Positions 1 through 13,111 of a DNA stretch of 64,000 bases are shown here, in pieces; positions within the stretch are counted from its first letter, which is position 1; every line of letters begins with the position of its first letter. The position numbers were made by a program, and so were the translations under genes. The DNA lies in the NCBI RefSeq assembly GCF_963921235.1, contig NC_086097.1, positions 59,956,001 to 60,020,000 of the forward strand, written 5' to 3'. The stretch is from Mobula hypostoma (taxonomy: Eukaryota). The notes beneath the pieces were generated by a model. It saw only the letters and a program-made list of their open reading frames with translations. It did no database searches and had not been told where the DNA came from.

Positions 1-69
1 TATTGTAAATAGCTGCGGCCCCAACGCCAAGCATTGCGGTACCCTACTAGTCACTGCCTGCCATTCTGA
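1..69 (-). mobile_element. CR1 LINE RT fragment (runs off window edge)
   Basis: Reverse complement reads tcagaatggcaggcagtgactagtagggtaccgcaatgc..., matching the SEWQAVTSGVPQGSVLGPQLFTI segment of the ORF2 at ~52880-52950. Confidence 0.8.
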
Positions 70-1042
70 CTTTGACATGACACAATCCTGAAAGGGATGA
101 CAGCTTCAAATTACAATGATTGTTCATAGCAAATATCACTTATACCATACTTCTTATTCAACATTGATTTTTATTATAAAAAACAACATTTTCTGTATGA
201 TGCATGCTGTGTTGAAAGTAGCCTTTGCAAGAGTATGTCAGCAATGCATTTTTAATCCTTTCCATTGAAGTTAGGGGAATAGAATATCAGATACGGTGGA
301 AAATTAACAGCTAATTCATGAATTTTGTAACGTGGGAAAAATACACACTCAGGACAACCAATACACTTTTGGGTCTTTAATTCCTTTATCTGTTTCAGAT
401 GTTTTAATTCAGAAAGAGGGTATCAAAATGAAAACAACAAAATGAATTTCAAAAAAACAGTTTTTGCTGTTACAATCTCAGCTTAATTTTAGTCCACACA
501 CTTGTGTATCAACTAGTTACATATGCAGTATGAAAATAAATAAAATAAAATATATAAAACCAATACTGTAGTGGCAATTCTAAAAATATAAAATACAAAT
601 GATATTAGAATCCCACCAACTCCGTACCATATACACAACATCAAAAATATGATTAAATACATCTCATCTTAACTAAGAGGTATACTCACTTACACACACA
701 CATGCTTAACTTCCAAACACGTATAGGCTAGACCCTATAACGAATTCTCCTCGCTCACACTACGTGAATAGAGATAAACATATTCACATTACTCTGTTAC
801 ATTCACATTCCATCATAAAACAATAAAGAAAAAACAAAAATAAACTTTTACGAAAAATTTTCAATATATTGCCTTGTAGTTAAATTACTAGAAAGACTAA
901 CCTACTAGGCCAATAAGGAACTTTGCACAGCCACACTATCCAGCGCCAATACCTTACTCGTGAAAATCTAAAGCACCCACATGTAAAACATGTCAAATTA
1001 CCAATATTCTAGATTTACAAACAAATATAAATGAATTTATTC

Positions 1043-1177
1043 ACAAACAAGAGAAAATCTGCAGATGCTAGAAATCCAAGCCACACACGCAAAATTTTAG
1101 AAGAACTCAACAGGCCAGGCAGCATCTATGGAAAAGAGTACAGTCGCCATTTTGGGCTGAGACCCTTCAGCAGAACT
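1043..1177 (-). mobile_element. Penelope-like terminal repeat (pLTR) remnant with decayed minimal hammerhead motif
   Basis: Same family as 25320-25567. Minus strand reads agtt-CTGCTGA-agggtctcagccc-AAAAT-ggc-gactg, a degenerate CUGANGA...GAAAC core. Confidence 0.65.
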
Positions 1178-2049
1178 CACCAAATATCATTCAGCTTTCC
1201 TCACCATATGACCAGTAGTCAACGTTCATTCTAGAACATTGTAACTCTTCTTTCTATTCCAGTTGTGCATAATGAAGACACAGGCAGCTATTTTAGCATT
1301 GCCAGGGTGAACACACAAGTCCACTTTAACAATAATATAATATTTAACAGTCACTTGGTGACCTTAATGTTAAAAGAAATGGTTAACTGTTCCTTATTCT
1401 ATCCTTATTCCCGGTCACAAACATATGATCTTGCATATCTTCATGCTTTCCACAGGTTAGGTATAGCTTCCGTCCATTCTAGTTCTGTATGCTCTGATGT
1501 TGTCAATGAGTGGTGTGCATCATTTGCACACCCTATCACAGGTGAGGCAGGTGAGAGGCCTCGACTTGGCCCCCACATGTTCACATTGTAGACAGTTGAG
1601 GTCTATTAAGGATTCAGGGCTGTGTGTTCTGTCTCCATCCTGAGCAACCACTAGCAAAATATTTGCATTGGGTGGTGGGGATATTACATATTTTATTTAG
1701 AAAGCCATTGAGAACATCCTTGAAGTGTTCCTCTCTTATTCTGGAAATCTCTTTAAGTAACAAAATGAAAGTAGTGCTTTTGTTTTGGGTGTCTGCTATC
1801 AGGAAAAAGGATAATATAGATTACCCAATGAAATCGGTTAAAAACTTTCAACTAATATGATAAGGTAGACTGTTACTTAAGTGATAATTTTCAGCCACTG
1901 GGAATATTTCTCAAGAATAGGGAAACCTGGTGAAGTTTATTCTTTATTCTCTTTCAGTTGATTGCATAGCTAATCCTCTATTTTCCTACCACTAAGTTGA
2001 AGAACTTTAGTTTTCTTGTCCATAATAGAACATTAAGTACTTAGAATAT

Positions 2050-4135
2050 AGAGTCATAGAGTTATAGAAAAGTACAGTGCAGAAACAGACTCTTTTGCCC
2101 ATCTAGTCTGTGCTGAACCAGTTAATCTGCTACTCCTGCACTAGGACAATAACCTTCCATACATCTACTATCTATGCACCTGCCTAAACTTCTCTTAAGT
2201 TTTGAAATCCGGCTGGTATGCACTACTTGCACTGGCAGCTCATTCCACATTCTTATGACCCTCTGAGTGAAGATGTTCCCCCTCATGTTCCCCTTAAATA
2301 TGTCACCTTTAACTTTTAACCCATGACCTAGAGTTGTCATTTCACTCAACCTTAACGGAAAAAGCCTGCTTGCATTTATCCTATCTATACCTCTCATAAC
2401 TTCATACACCCCTATCAAATCTTTCCTCAGTCTTCGATGTTCCAAGGAATAACAACCTAACCAATTCAATCTTCCCTCATAACTCAAGTCTTCAAGTCCC
2501 GGCAATATCCTTTTAAATTTTCTCTGTGCTTTTTCAGCATTATATTTTTCCTGTAGGTGGGAAACCAAAACTGGACACAATCCTCCAAATTGGGCCTCAC
2601 CAATGTCATATATAACTTCAACATAACATCCCATCTCCTGTACTCAATACTTTGATTTATGAAGGCCAATGTGCCAAAAACATTCTTTATGACCCTATTA
2701 TCTGTGATGTCACTTTCAAATAATAATAAACCTGTATTCCCAGATCCCTTTGTTCTATCACACTCCTCAGTGCCCTACCATTCACTGCATAAGACATACC
2801 TAAGTTGGTCCAACTGAAGTGTACCACCTTGCACTTGTCTGCATTAAATTCCATCTGCCATTTTTCAGCCCATTTTACTAGCTGGTTCCAGATTTTGTTG
2901 TAAGACATGATAGTGTTCCTCACTGTTCACTGTCCACTACACCCTTAATCTTGGTGTCATCCACAAATGTGCAAATCTAGTTTATCACATTAACCACATT
3001 GATATAGATGACAAACAAAGATGGACACAGCACCGATCCCTGTGGCTGTCCACTAGTTACAGTTCTCCAGTCAGAGAGGCAACCTTCTCCTACCAACTCC
3101 CTAGCTTCTCCCTCAAATCTATTCCAATTTACTACCTCATCATGAATGTTGAGTGATTGAACTTTCTTGACTAACCTTCCATGCAGGACAATATTAGCTA
3201 TCTTCTAATCCTCTGGCACCTCATCTGTCACTAACGATGATTTAAATATTTCTGCTAGGTCCCTGTAATTTCTGCACTAGCCTCCCACAGGGGCTAAGGG
3301 AACTTTTTGTCAGGCCCTTGGGTTTATCCATCTTAACTTGCCTTAAAACAGCAAACACCTCCTCCTCTGTAGTCTGCACAGGGTTTATGAAGTCAATGCT
3401 GCTTTGCTGCACTTCTATAGACTCTGTGCTCACCTTCTGAGTAAATACAAATGCAAAAAATCCTTTTAAGATCTCCCCCATCTCTCTCGTATCCACACAT
3501 GGATTAGCATTCTGATTTTTCAGAGTACCAATTTTGTACCTTGCACTCCTTTTGTTCTTAACTTATCTGTAGAATCCCTTAGGATTCTCCTTCATCTTGT
3601 CTTCTGGGGCAACCTCATGCCTTCCTTTAGCCCTCCTGATTTCTTTCTTAAGTTTTCTCTTGCATTGTTTATACCCCATAAGCACCTCATTTGTAACTCA
3701 CTGCCTACACCTGCTATGCATCTCCTTTTTTGTTCTTAAGCAGGGCCTCAATATCTCTCGAAACCTCATTACACCTGTTATCTTTACCTTTTATTCTGAC
3801 AGACACATACAAGCTTTGTACTCTCAAAACTTCAGGTTTGAAGGTCTCCCACTTAACAAACATACCTTTGCCAGAAAACAGCCTGTTCCAATCCATACTT
3901 GCTAGGTCCTTTTCGAAACCATCATAATTGGCCTTTCTCCAATTTAGAATTTCATCCATGGACCAGACCTATCTTTTTCACAGTTACTTGGAAACTAGTG
4001 GCATCATGATCACTGGATGCAAAGTGTTCCCCTACAAAATATTTTGTCACCTGCCCTGTCTCATTCCCTGATAGCAGATCAGGTATTCAGCACTCTTTCA
4101 TTGGGACTTCTATGTACTGATTAAGGAAACTTTCC
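2050..4135 (-). mobile_element. CR1 LINE, 5'-truncated and decayed ORF2 (APE end, RT, C-terminus)
   Basis: ORFs 2122-2634, 2484-2669, 2687-2923, 3242-3496 and 3714-3959 give CR1 ORF2 peptides (WAEKWQMEFNADKC, LVRPNLEDCVQFW, RGNIFTQRVIRMWNELP); 3' tail atagagtc/atagagtt repeat at ~2050. Confidence 0.92.
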
Positions 4136-4329
4136 CGCTGCTCAAAATATCAAAACATCAAACTGCTGTGAGTCGGTGCCTTAGGTACTCAATTGGCAAA
4201 CCTGTGTGAGCAACATCTTCTCACACTTCATTCATATTGAAAACAACATTTAGTGAATAAACTCAGTTTTTGGATCCCTCTCTCAGATATTTAGATCTCT
4301 CTCCATTCTCCTGCAGGTTGTTAGTTTTT

Positions 4330-5682
4330 CCACCAAGCTACGTCCCTGGTTGGTAAGTTGATGGAGAAGATCCTGAGAGGCAGGATTTATGAACATTTGG
4401 AGAGGCATAATATGATTAGGAATAGTCAGCATGCCTTACGAGCCTGATTGAATTTTTTGAGGATGTGACTAAACACATTGATGAAGGTAGAGCAGTAGAT
4501 GTAGTGTATATAGATTTCAGTAAGGCATTTGACAAGGTACTCCGTGCAAGGCTTATTGAGAAAGTAAGGAGGCATGGGATCCAAGGGGACATTGCTTTGT
4601 GGATCCAGAACTGGCTTGCCCACAGAAGGCAAAGAGTGGTTGTAGGTGGGTCATATTCTGCATGGAGGTCGGTGACCAGTGGTGTGCCTCAGGAATCTGT
4701 TCTGGGACCCCTACTCTTCTTGATTTTTATAAATCACCTGGATGAGGAAGTGGCGGGATGGGTTAATAAATTTGCTGATGACACAAAGGCTGGGAGTGTT
4801 GTGGATACTGTAGAGGGCTGTCAGAGGTTACAGCAGGACATTGATAGAATGCAAAAATGGGCTGAGAAGTGGCAGATGGAGCTCAACCCAGATAAGTGTG
4901 TGAGGTGGTTCATTTTGGTCGGTCAAATATGATGGCAGAATATAGCATTAATGATAAGACTCTTGGCAGTGTGGAGGATCAGAGGGATCTTGGGGTCTGA
5001 GTCCATAGGACATTCAAAGCTGCTGCGCAGGTTGACTCTGTGGTTAAGAAAGCATACGGTGCATTGGCCTTCATCAGTCGTGGGATTGAGTTTAGGAGCC
5101 GAGAGGTAATGTTGCAGCTACATAGGACCCTGGTCAGACTCCACTTGGAGGACTGTGCACAGTCCTGGTCGCCTCACTACAAGAAGGATGTAGAAACCAT
5201 AGAAAGTGTGCAGAAGTCATTTACAAAGATCTTGCCTGGATTGGGGAGCATGTCTTATGAGAATAGATTGAGTGAACTTGGCTTTTTTTCCTTGGACTTA
5301 CAGAGGATGAGAGGTGACCAGATAAAGGTATATAAGATGATGAGAGGCATTGATCATGTGGATAGTCAGAGGCTTTTTCCCAGGGCTGAAATGGCTAGCA
5401 CGAGAGGGCACAGTTTTAAGGTGCTTGGAAGTAGGTACAGAGGAGGTGTCAGTTTTTTACGCAGAGAGTGGTGAGTGCATGGAATAGGCTGCCTGCGATG
5501 GTGATGGAGGTGGATATGATAGGGTCTTTTAAGAGACTGCTGGACAGGTATAGGAGCTCAGAATAATAGAGGGATATTGGTAACCCTAGGTAATTCTAAG
5601 GTAAGGACAGTTTCGACATAGTTTTGTGTGCTGAAGGCCTGTATTGTGCTGTAGGTTTTCTGTTTCTGTGTTTCTATGTTTC
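4330..5682 (+). mobile_element. CR1 LINE 3' portion (RT to 3' tail)
   Basis: ORFs 4465-4932 (DFSKAFDKV, SGVPQESVLGP, KFADD) and 5040-5474; ttctgtgt/ttctatgt tail at ~5655-5682. Confidence 0.93.
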
Positions 5683-5964
5683 ATCTTTCATTACCCTCTC
5701 TCCTGCCACCACATGCACCATATTCACCCACGTGGTTCTGACAATCTCACTTCCTTAAGTAAATAGTCCTAACAGTAGTCATAAGGAATGAATGCATCAT
5801 CCCTTTCCAGCAAAAAATAAATAGTTTACTTGACGTTAGAATCAGTATCACTTTGTACAAGGAAAGAACTAACATGGAACTCCCTCTGGAACAAGCTTTC
5901 TCTTTTATACAAGCTGACCTCAGAATGGGTTATTAGCATGAACTGGAACAAAGGCACTACCCTC

Positions 5965-6520
5965 CAAACTTTCCATTGGGATTGGGGATGAGCTTCCACA
6001 ACCTATTAAGTCGTCCCAATGGAGTGCACCTCAAATAGCCTCTGACAACCAAGTCTGGATCCTGGTCTTCATGTGTGGCTTATTTACTAAGCTCGGTGGA
6101 ACCATTTCTACCGACATGACAGGGGACAAAGGCAGGTTACAGGCACCTTAAAACCAACTGCCTCGGGTGGATGAGGCTCATCAGCAGTGAGTGGTAGCTC
6201 ATCTAGGAGAAGGAAAAGTCTGATCCTAAAGTTCCATTGCCTCGTGGCTATATTTACTCATGGGGAAGGCTTTGGGAGTAAGCCCTGAGGAAAATTTTGG
6301 AGCTTGACTCCCTTATGCAGTCCCATGTTGAGTTCAACACTGACAGGCAACTCCAGTGATGCCACTGGTGCCAAACTGTATCAGTCTCTGCCTTTGCTTT
6401 GAATTCATCAGCTGTATAGGGCGGGGGAGTCCATGGGCATCTGCTTGCTCTCCACATCATACTATCCTGGCTTGTGTATTACGTAGACAACATCCATGGT
6501 CAACCTCAACCAACAGAGGG
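5965..6520 (+). mobile_element. Non-autonomous element resembling an RTE-clade 5' UTR
   Basis: Contains catctaggagaaggaaaagtctga...cattgcctcgtggcta, resembling RTE 5' UTR motifs as I recall them; no convincing coding content. Confidence 0.4.
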
Positions 6521-8371
6521 TCTCTCTGCCTGTGGCACTCATCACACTGTAGTTCCTGTGAGGAAGTACAGTTAAAGCTGTCAAATAATTCTCTGATACG
6601 AGCCCTCCTCAAATATTCCGACAGTCTGATCTCCTGTTGGATCTTTCAATTGCAGATGTTTGAAAAACAGATGAAGACCTCATAGATATTTCCACAATGG
6701 AATACACTTGGATTATTGTCTCTGTCCTCACACCGTCTTCTCGTTGGGAGGTCAGTCATTTGCCTTTATTACACTGGAGAGAAATAGGGGAGAGTTTATT
6801 CCCAACAAATCACTGCACCCTCTCTGAATGGTCACTCTTGTTATTAATCAATAAAATAATCCTATATTGAAGGCTAAAAATAAAGTTGGTGTTTTGCTCT
6901 TCTCCTGAATTACATTTTTAAACTAGCAAGTGCATAAATAATTAACAAGGTTCTGGCAACTGTTAAATGACACAAAGCACTGTGCAAGCATAGAGATAAC
7001 TTTCTACAGTATAATTTTAATTCACAGTGAAAACTAATACCATAAATTGCACCAGACTATGTGTAATTAGAGTGTCACGATGGCAAGCAGGTTTTATATA
7101 AAAAATGGATCATCAGTATAGAAAATTTAGTATACTGTAATGAAAGGAAATGTAGATAGTAATTTCATCCTGCAGGTCAGTAAAGAAGCAAACTGTTTTA
7201 AACACAGCTTGCAATTTAAAAATGCTGTAATGATCCTCTGTATGCCATTCTTAGTCTGAGTAATATGCCATTATTTTTCTCTGCAACTTGCTGGTATAAT
7301 TAGTTTCTCACTTTATTTTCCATTTATCATCTCCAGTTTATTAACTCCATTCGTGGTTCTTCTCGGAATTTGGAATTATGCAGAGTATCATGTTTATGCT
7401 GGCACGTTCAGAAATTCCAATTAGTCCTTCTCCCCTGTTCTGTTCTGGTAACCCTGCAAACCTCTGCTTCTGAGGCACATTTCCAATCACACATTGTATC
7501 TCTATCCACTATCTTTTCAGACAGTGCATTTCAAAACAGAAGAAAAAATTACTGATGAAGATTATTTTCATTTCCTCCGTGATGTGTTTGTTCTAATTAT
7601 TGACCCTCCTGTAAGTGAAAGGCTTTCCCTTATTTACTCAACAACACTTTCCATGATTTTGAGGGTCCATGTCAAATTATCCCTTATCTTTTTCACTGTG
7701 AGGAGAAGAACTCCAGCTGCTTTAATCTCCTCCTGCTACCTTTAAATTCTGTTAGCAACCATCTCTGAGACTTTGACATTCATTCTTAATTGTCTATTTT
7801 GAGCAGGACTGTATGTTGTAGCTTATTATAATATTGTTGTACTTTATGCTTTTACAATGTCAAGAATCTCGTAAGTTTTTGACAGTTCTATCAACAAGCT
7901 CAGCAAGCTTCGAAAACTGGTGTCTGATTCTGCAGACTGAAGCATCCTTAGCCTGTGACCAGCTATCCTGGATTATTTCTCTGTCACTTTTTGCTTCTTG
8001 ATTTCCATTTTCATCATCTACGTAGGAAGCATGCTTTGTGGTCGGTGACCCAACCTAGTTGGGTTTTAGTGATCCCTTTTACATTAGGTTCACTTCAATC
8101 ATATTCTCCTAAATGCTGTACATTCACATGGACAAACTAATTAACATGTACTTAAGGTGCATATGATTTGCAGCCTACCCAGTGGAGACTTGACAGATTG
8201 CCCCTTACCCCAGCAGCTATATTTGATCAGCTATGCACCAGAGATTCAGGAATAGACTAGCAACAGTACAATATATAGTTGCTATGAGGGCCAAGGCTTT
8301 GCACACAAAGGGGTCACAGTTACAGCTACCAATTACAGCATTGCTCTGAGTACCTATTTTAATGCATACAT

Positions 8372-8572
8372 AATTAATTAATTTATTTTATTTAGAGGTA
8401 CAGCACGGTAACAGGCGCTTGTGGACCAATGACACCCATGTTACCAATTAACCTACGTTTTGGAATATGAGCGGCAATCAGAACACCTGTAACAAACCCA
8501 TACAGTCACAGAACGAACATGCAAACTCCTTACAGAGAGCGATACAATTGAACCAGGTTGATGGCACTGTGA
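8372..8572 (-). mobile_element. V-SINE/HE1-like tRNA-derived SINE, decayed
   Basis: (TAAA)n tail on the minus strand; core gtttgcatgttc...gtgactgtatgggttt shared with other SINE copies in the window. Confidence 0.7.
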
Positions 8573-11245
8573 TATCCTTGTGGGCAGGTTTGCTAAAGCT
8601 GTTGGGAAGGGTTTAAACTAATTTGGCAGAGGGATGGAAACCAGAGTGGTAGGGCTGAGGATGGGACATTTTGTATACAACTAGATGCAGTGTGTCGAGA
8701 GACTGTGAAGAAATACAGCAGATGATAGGGCAAAATTGCAGTCAGTGGGATGAGTTGCCGTGCAACATGGGGACAAAATCTAAAAGGGTGATGAATACAG
8801 GACTGAAGGTGTTATATTTGAATGTACGCCATATACGGAATTTGGTAGATGATCTTGTAGCGCAGTTAGAGATTGGTAGAGATGATGTTTTGGGCTTCAC
8901 TGAGCCGTGGCTGAAGGAAGATCATAGTTGGGAGCTTAACATCCAAGGATTTACATTGTATTGATAAGACAGGCTGGTATGCAGAGGAGGTAGGGCGGAT
9001 CTGTTGGTTTATGTCCTTAGAAAGAGATGACATAAGATCAAAATGTGTAGAATCCTTGTGGGTAGAGTTAAGAAACTTCAAGGGTAAAAAGATCCTGATG
9101 GGAGTTATATACAGGCCTCCAAACAGTAGCCAGGATGTGGTCCACAAGTTACAACAGGAGGTAGAAAATGCATGTGAAAGGGCAATGTTGTGCGACTCAT
9201 GGGAGATTTCAATATGCAGGTAGATTGGGAAAATTAGTTTGCTGCTAGATTCCATAAGAGAGAATTTGTAGAGTGCCTATGAGATGTCTTTTTGGAGCAG
9301 TTTGTGCTTGAACTCACTAGAGGAATGGTAATTCTAGATTGGGATTTATGTAATGACCCAGGTTTGATTAGGGAGGTTAATATAAAAGAACCCTCAGGAA
9401 GCAATGATCACAATATGATTGAATTCACACCACAGCTTGAGAAGAAGAGGGTAAAATCAGATGGAGCAGTATTACAGTGGAGAAATGGGAATTGCAGAGG
9501 CCTGAGAGAGGAACTGGCCAACATTAATTTGAAGGGGACACTAGCAAGGATGACAACTGAACAGCAATAGCTGGATTTCATCAAAATGTCACTGGCAACC
9601 TATATGATCAAAGGTGACTTGCAGTCAATTCACAAAATTACTTCTTCTTTTAAATATGCTTCTGGTATTAAACTGTGTTTGATTGGAGCCTGTCATTTAC
9701 ATCTTGATGATATGTTTTTTTGGGCAGACTTAGTGATCTGGTGCTTTTTCTGTCTCCAGGGGACCATGGTATGGTTGAGAGTGAGATTAAAACAAAGTGT
9801 GTGACCTAATGGCAGAGTGCAAATCCATGATCAGCTCCATGACTCGCCGTTCTCACAGATGAAAGTATTGAGGAAGATGAGAGCGGAAGGTGATCGGGTG
9901 TTCAGTGCCATCTGCCTGTGTTTAACCAGTCTCGCTCTCCCTCTCGTTTTCTGGCTGCTGGAGGAAAATGCAGAGTCCTGAGTCTTGGGAAGGTTTGGAC
10001 TCCTTGATTCCATGTGTTTTTAGAGGACTCTGCAGTTCCTGTTACAATATGTGTTTTTGGTTTCTGTTTACACATGCTTTATTTCTATTTTGAGCAATTT
10101 TGATTGGAGTGCTTCAATGAGGACTGGCTCTACAGCCTGCAGCCAATGAATGGCACAGCAGTAACCTGAACTGAACTGAACTAAGCTAAACATTCCTACA
10201 CTGATTCAAATACTCTGCTGTTTGATATTTAACATTCTCTGTGTTATTTGCTTCTTTTTGCTGTTTGTGCAATTTGTTCTTTTTTTCACACATTCGCATG
10301 TTTGATGTTCTCTTTGAATTGGCTCCATGGTGTTTCTTTGTTTTGTGGTTGCCTGCAGGAAGACAAATCTTTGGGTTGTATACTGCATACCTACTTTGAT
10401 AATAAATATACTTTGAATCTTTTAATCTTTGAGTTTCTGGGAGCAATTTGGAAGGCAAAGTAAAGACACATCCTAAAGATCAAGAAGTATCCTAAGGAGA
10501 GGAAGAGGCAATCTAAGTCAAAGACAGCAGAAAAGCAAGGGAGAGGGCATATAATATAGCCAAAATTAATGGGAAGATAGAGGTTTGGGAAGCTTTTAAA
10601 AACCAACAGAAGGCAACTTAAAAAGTCATAAAGAAAGAAAAGATGAAATATGAAGCTAAACTAGCCAATAATATTAATGAGGATACAAGAAGTTTTCTCA
10701 GATATATAAAGGGTAAAGGAGATTAAAGAGAATATCAGGACACTAGAGAGGTAATAATGGGGGACAAAGAAATGGCAGTTAGACTTAATATGTATTTTGC
10801 ATCAGTCTTCACTGTAGAAGACACTAGCAGAATGCCAGAAATGTGAGTGAGTCAGGAGCAGAAATGAGTGTCATTGATATTACCAAGGAGAAGGTGCTTG
10901 GGAAGCTGAAAAGTCTGAAAGTAGATAAGTCATCTGGACCAGATGGACTACACCCCAGGGTTCTGAAACAGATAGCTAAGAGATTATGGAAGGATTAGTA
11001 ATGATCTTTCAACAAGTTTTACATTCTGGAATGGTTCCAGAGGACTGGAAAATTGCAAATGTCATTCCGCTCTTTAAGAAGGGAAGGAGTCAGAATAAAA
11101 GAAATTTTCTATGATTAAGGATGAGGCTTTGGTGTACTTGGAGGCACATGATAAAATAGTCAGCACGATTTCCTTAAGGGGAAACATATGTTGGGATTCT
11201 TTGAGGAAATAACAGGCAGAAGAACAAAGGAGAGTCACTGGATGT
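8572..11245 (+). mobile_element. Decayed CR1 LINE from ORF1 3' end through APE to start of RT, interrupted at ~9575-10430
   Basis: ILVGRFAKAVGKGLN* ORF1 end at 8574-8621; APE peptides in ORFs 8671-8964, 9011-9223, 9292-9570; DKSSGPDGLHPRVLK at ~10925. Confidence 0.88.
9805..10431 (+). mobile_element. Non-autonomous non-LTR element inserted in CR1
   Basis: Ends AATAAA plus a degenerate tctttga tail at 10401-10431; CR1 sequence resumes as gagtttctgggagc immediately after. Confidence 0.55.
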
Positions 11246-11285
11246 AATAGGCTAGTCCACTTTAAGTATTCCCAAGGCTGATAAG

Positions 11286-11605
11286 GGGCACCGTGGTGGC
11301 ATAGTTGTCAGCACAACACTATTACAACTCAGGGCTTTTTGGAGTTCAGAGTTCAATTCTGGCACCGTTCCGTAGGGAGTCTCTGTATGCCCTCCCTGTG
11401 GAATGCATGGGTTTTTCTCCAGGCTCTCCGGTTTCCTCCCACAGTCTAAGGACGGACCAGGTAGGTTAATCGGTCATTGTAAATTGTACTGTGACTAGGT
11501 TAGGGTTAATCCGGTCCGTTGGGTTTGCTGGTGCTGGGTGTCTCAAAGGACCACAGGGCCTCCTCCGCATTATATAGCTAATGAAATAAAAGTAAATAAA
11601 TAAAT
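11286..11605 (+). mobile_element. V-SINE/HE1-like SINE
   Basis: A-box-like tggcatagttg, B-box-like gagttcaattc, core ctccggtttcctcccacagtc, (TAAA)n tail. Confidence 0.8.
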
Positions 11606-11832
11606 ATGACCAAGTCCTGTTTCTGTATAAAAGCCAGTGGAATTTGCAGGCCCTGCATGCCCAAATATGGGTCATCAACACATGTATGGGACACGACTTA
11701 TGACTATTACAAACTTCCCCAAATAAATAATTCATAAGGATTAAACAGACAGTTAATATCCAGCTGCAGTTAGGTTGGTCATTAAATTCTTTCATATCGT
11801 ATTGAGGCAAAATAATATCTAGGCTTAAGTAA

Positions 11833-11897
11833 CCTTATAATCATGTAACAACTACAGCACGGAAACAGGCCATCTCGGTCCTTCTAGTCCGTGCCGA
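11833..11897 (-). mobile_element. Extremely 5'-truncated CR1 3' end (~65 bp)
   Basis: tacagcacggaaacaggcc...ctagtccgtgccga is the reverse complement of the CR1 terminal segment seen at 37914-37958. Confidence 0.7.
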
Positions 11898-12099
11898 GTA
11901 GTACTGAAGTACTGAAATATTCTTGAGATTATCGAACAGTGAACAGTGAATGGCTCCAAATCTTCCTGTCCATGGATAATCATGTGTATTCTAGCTGAGT
12001 TGGTCCACTTATCCAAATGCAATTGTGAAAAAATATTTCCACTTGGAAAATTCTTAGACATGAACTCCAGCTTTTGGATCAGATTTGACTGAACACTGA

Positions 12100-12500
12100 A
12101 CTTCCCTTAGCAAGACTGTCTATTTATAGAATGTAATATCACACAGTTTAATTATGCCTCTGTTGGAAACTGGTCATCACGATTCATTCCTGGTCTCTTT
12201 TATCCTTCTGCAGGAAACCACTGGCATTCATAATCCTCCAGGACCTCACTGCAATCTCAGTTTCTAGTCTAGTCTATATAGCTGTCTGAGGCCTAAACTC
12301 TGAAATTCTGGCCTTCAATCTCTTCACTTCTCTGTATTCTTGCTTCACTAAAATTCTACCTCTTTTTTAACCAGGCTATTCACCAAGCTATTACTCAACT
12401 GAAACAAGCTCTTTGTGTGCAGCCAAACAATAAAATATACTTGGTAATATTTCTATGAAGTGTCCTGGAAGAGTTCACCATCTTAAAATGTATGACATGG
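12100..12500 (+). mobile_element. Ancient L2-like LINE 3' end
   Basis: Degenerate ggcctaaactctgaaattc...ctacctcttttttaaccaggct...ctatgaagtgtcctggaagag, resembling L2 3' termini. Confidence 0.4.
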
Positions 12501-12589
12501 AATGATGCATTCACAACTGATCATCCATTGTTGCTATTTCTACAGATAAAATGATCATGCTTAGAAGAAGAAACATTCAGTCAATTGTC

Positions 12590-12860
12590 AGAACAGAAAC
12601 ATGTAACAGAACATAAAACAGTAAAGCACATTAACAGAGTCTTTGCCCACAAATCATCCATGTGCCTTTTCTCGCTGCCTAATTATGTGCCTGACTATAT
12701 ATGCTCTTAAGTGTTGCCATTATATCCACTTCCACCATTTCACTTGCATATCATTGTGTGTGAAGAAAACTTGTAGGCCTTTGAACATTTCCCCTCTCCG
12801 CTTAAAGCTATGCCTTCTAGAATATGGCATTCCATCTTGGGGAAAATAAAGTATGCTAGC
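12590..12860 (-). mobile_element. Old CR1 3' end
   Basis: gaacataaaacagtaaagcaca tail and degenerate ORF2 C-terminal sequence. Confidence 0.55.
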
Positions 12861-13111
12861 TAATATTGCATACTCTGTAATACTTTAATATTAAAGTAGT
12901 AAAACACATTTTATGTTAAGGCATACACTGCACATATATTCACATTTTGCACCAGAGCTACCTCTGTCAAAATTCTGTCGTAATGACTTGAATTAAAATA
13001 AAAATAGAATAGGCACAAGATCCTCAGTTGTTCAGGCAGCATCCATGGAAATGTAACATTTTATCATTGGAGACTTTTCAACAGAGCTGAGTAAAATGAG
13101 AAAACCAGCAT

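Noticed and set aside
11286..11370. tRNA-like A/B boxes (also ~28045 and ~59010-59080)
   Set aside because: SINE heads; no complete cloverleaf, and followed by SINE core and tail
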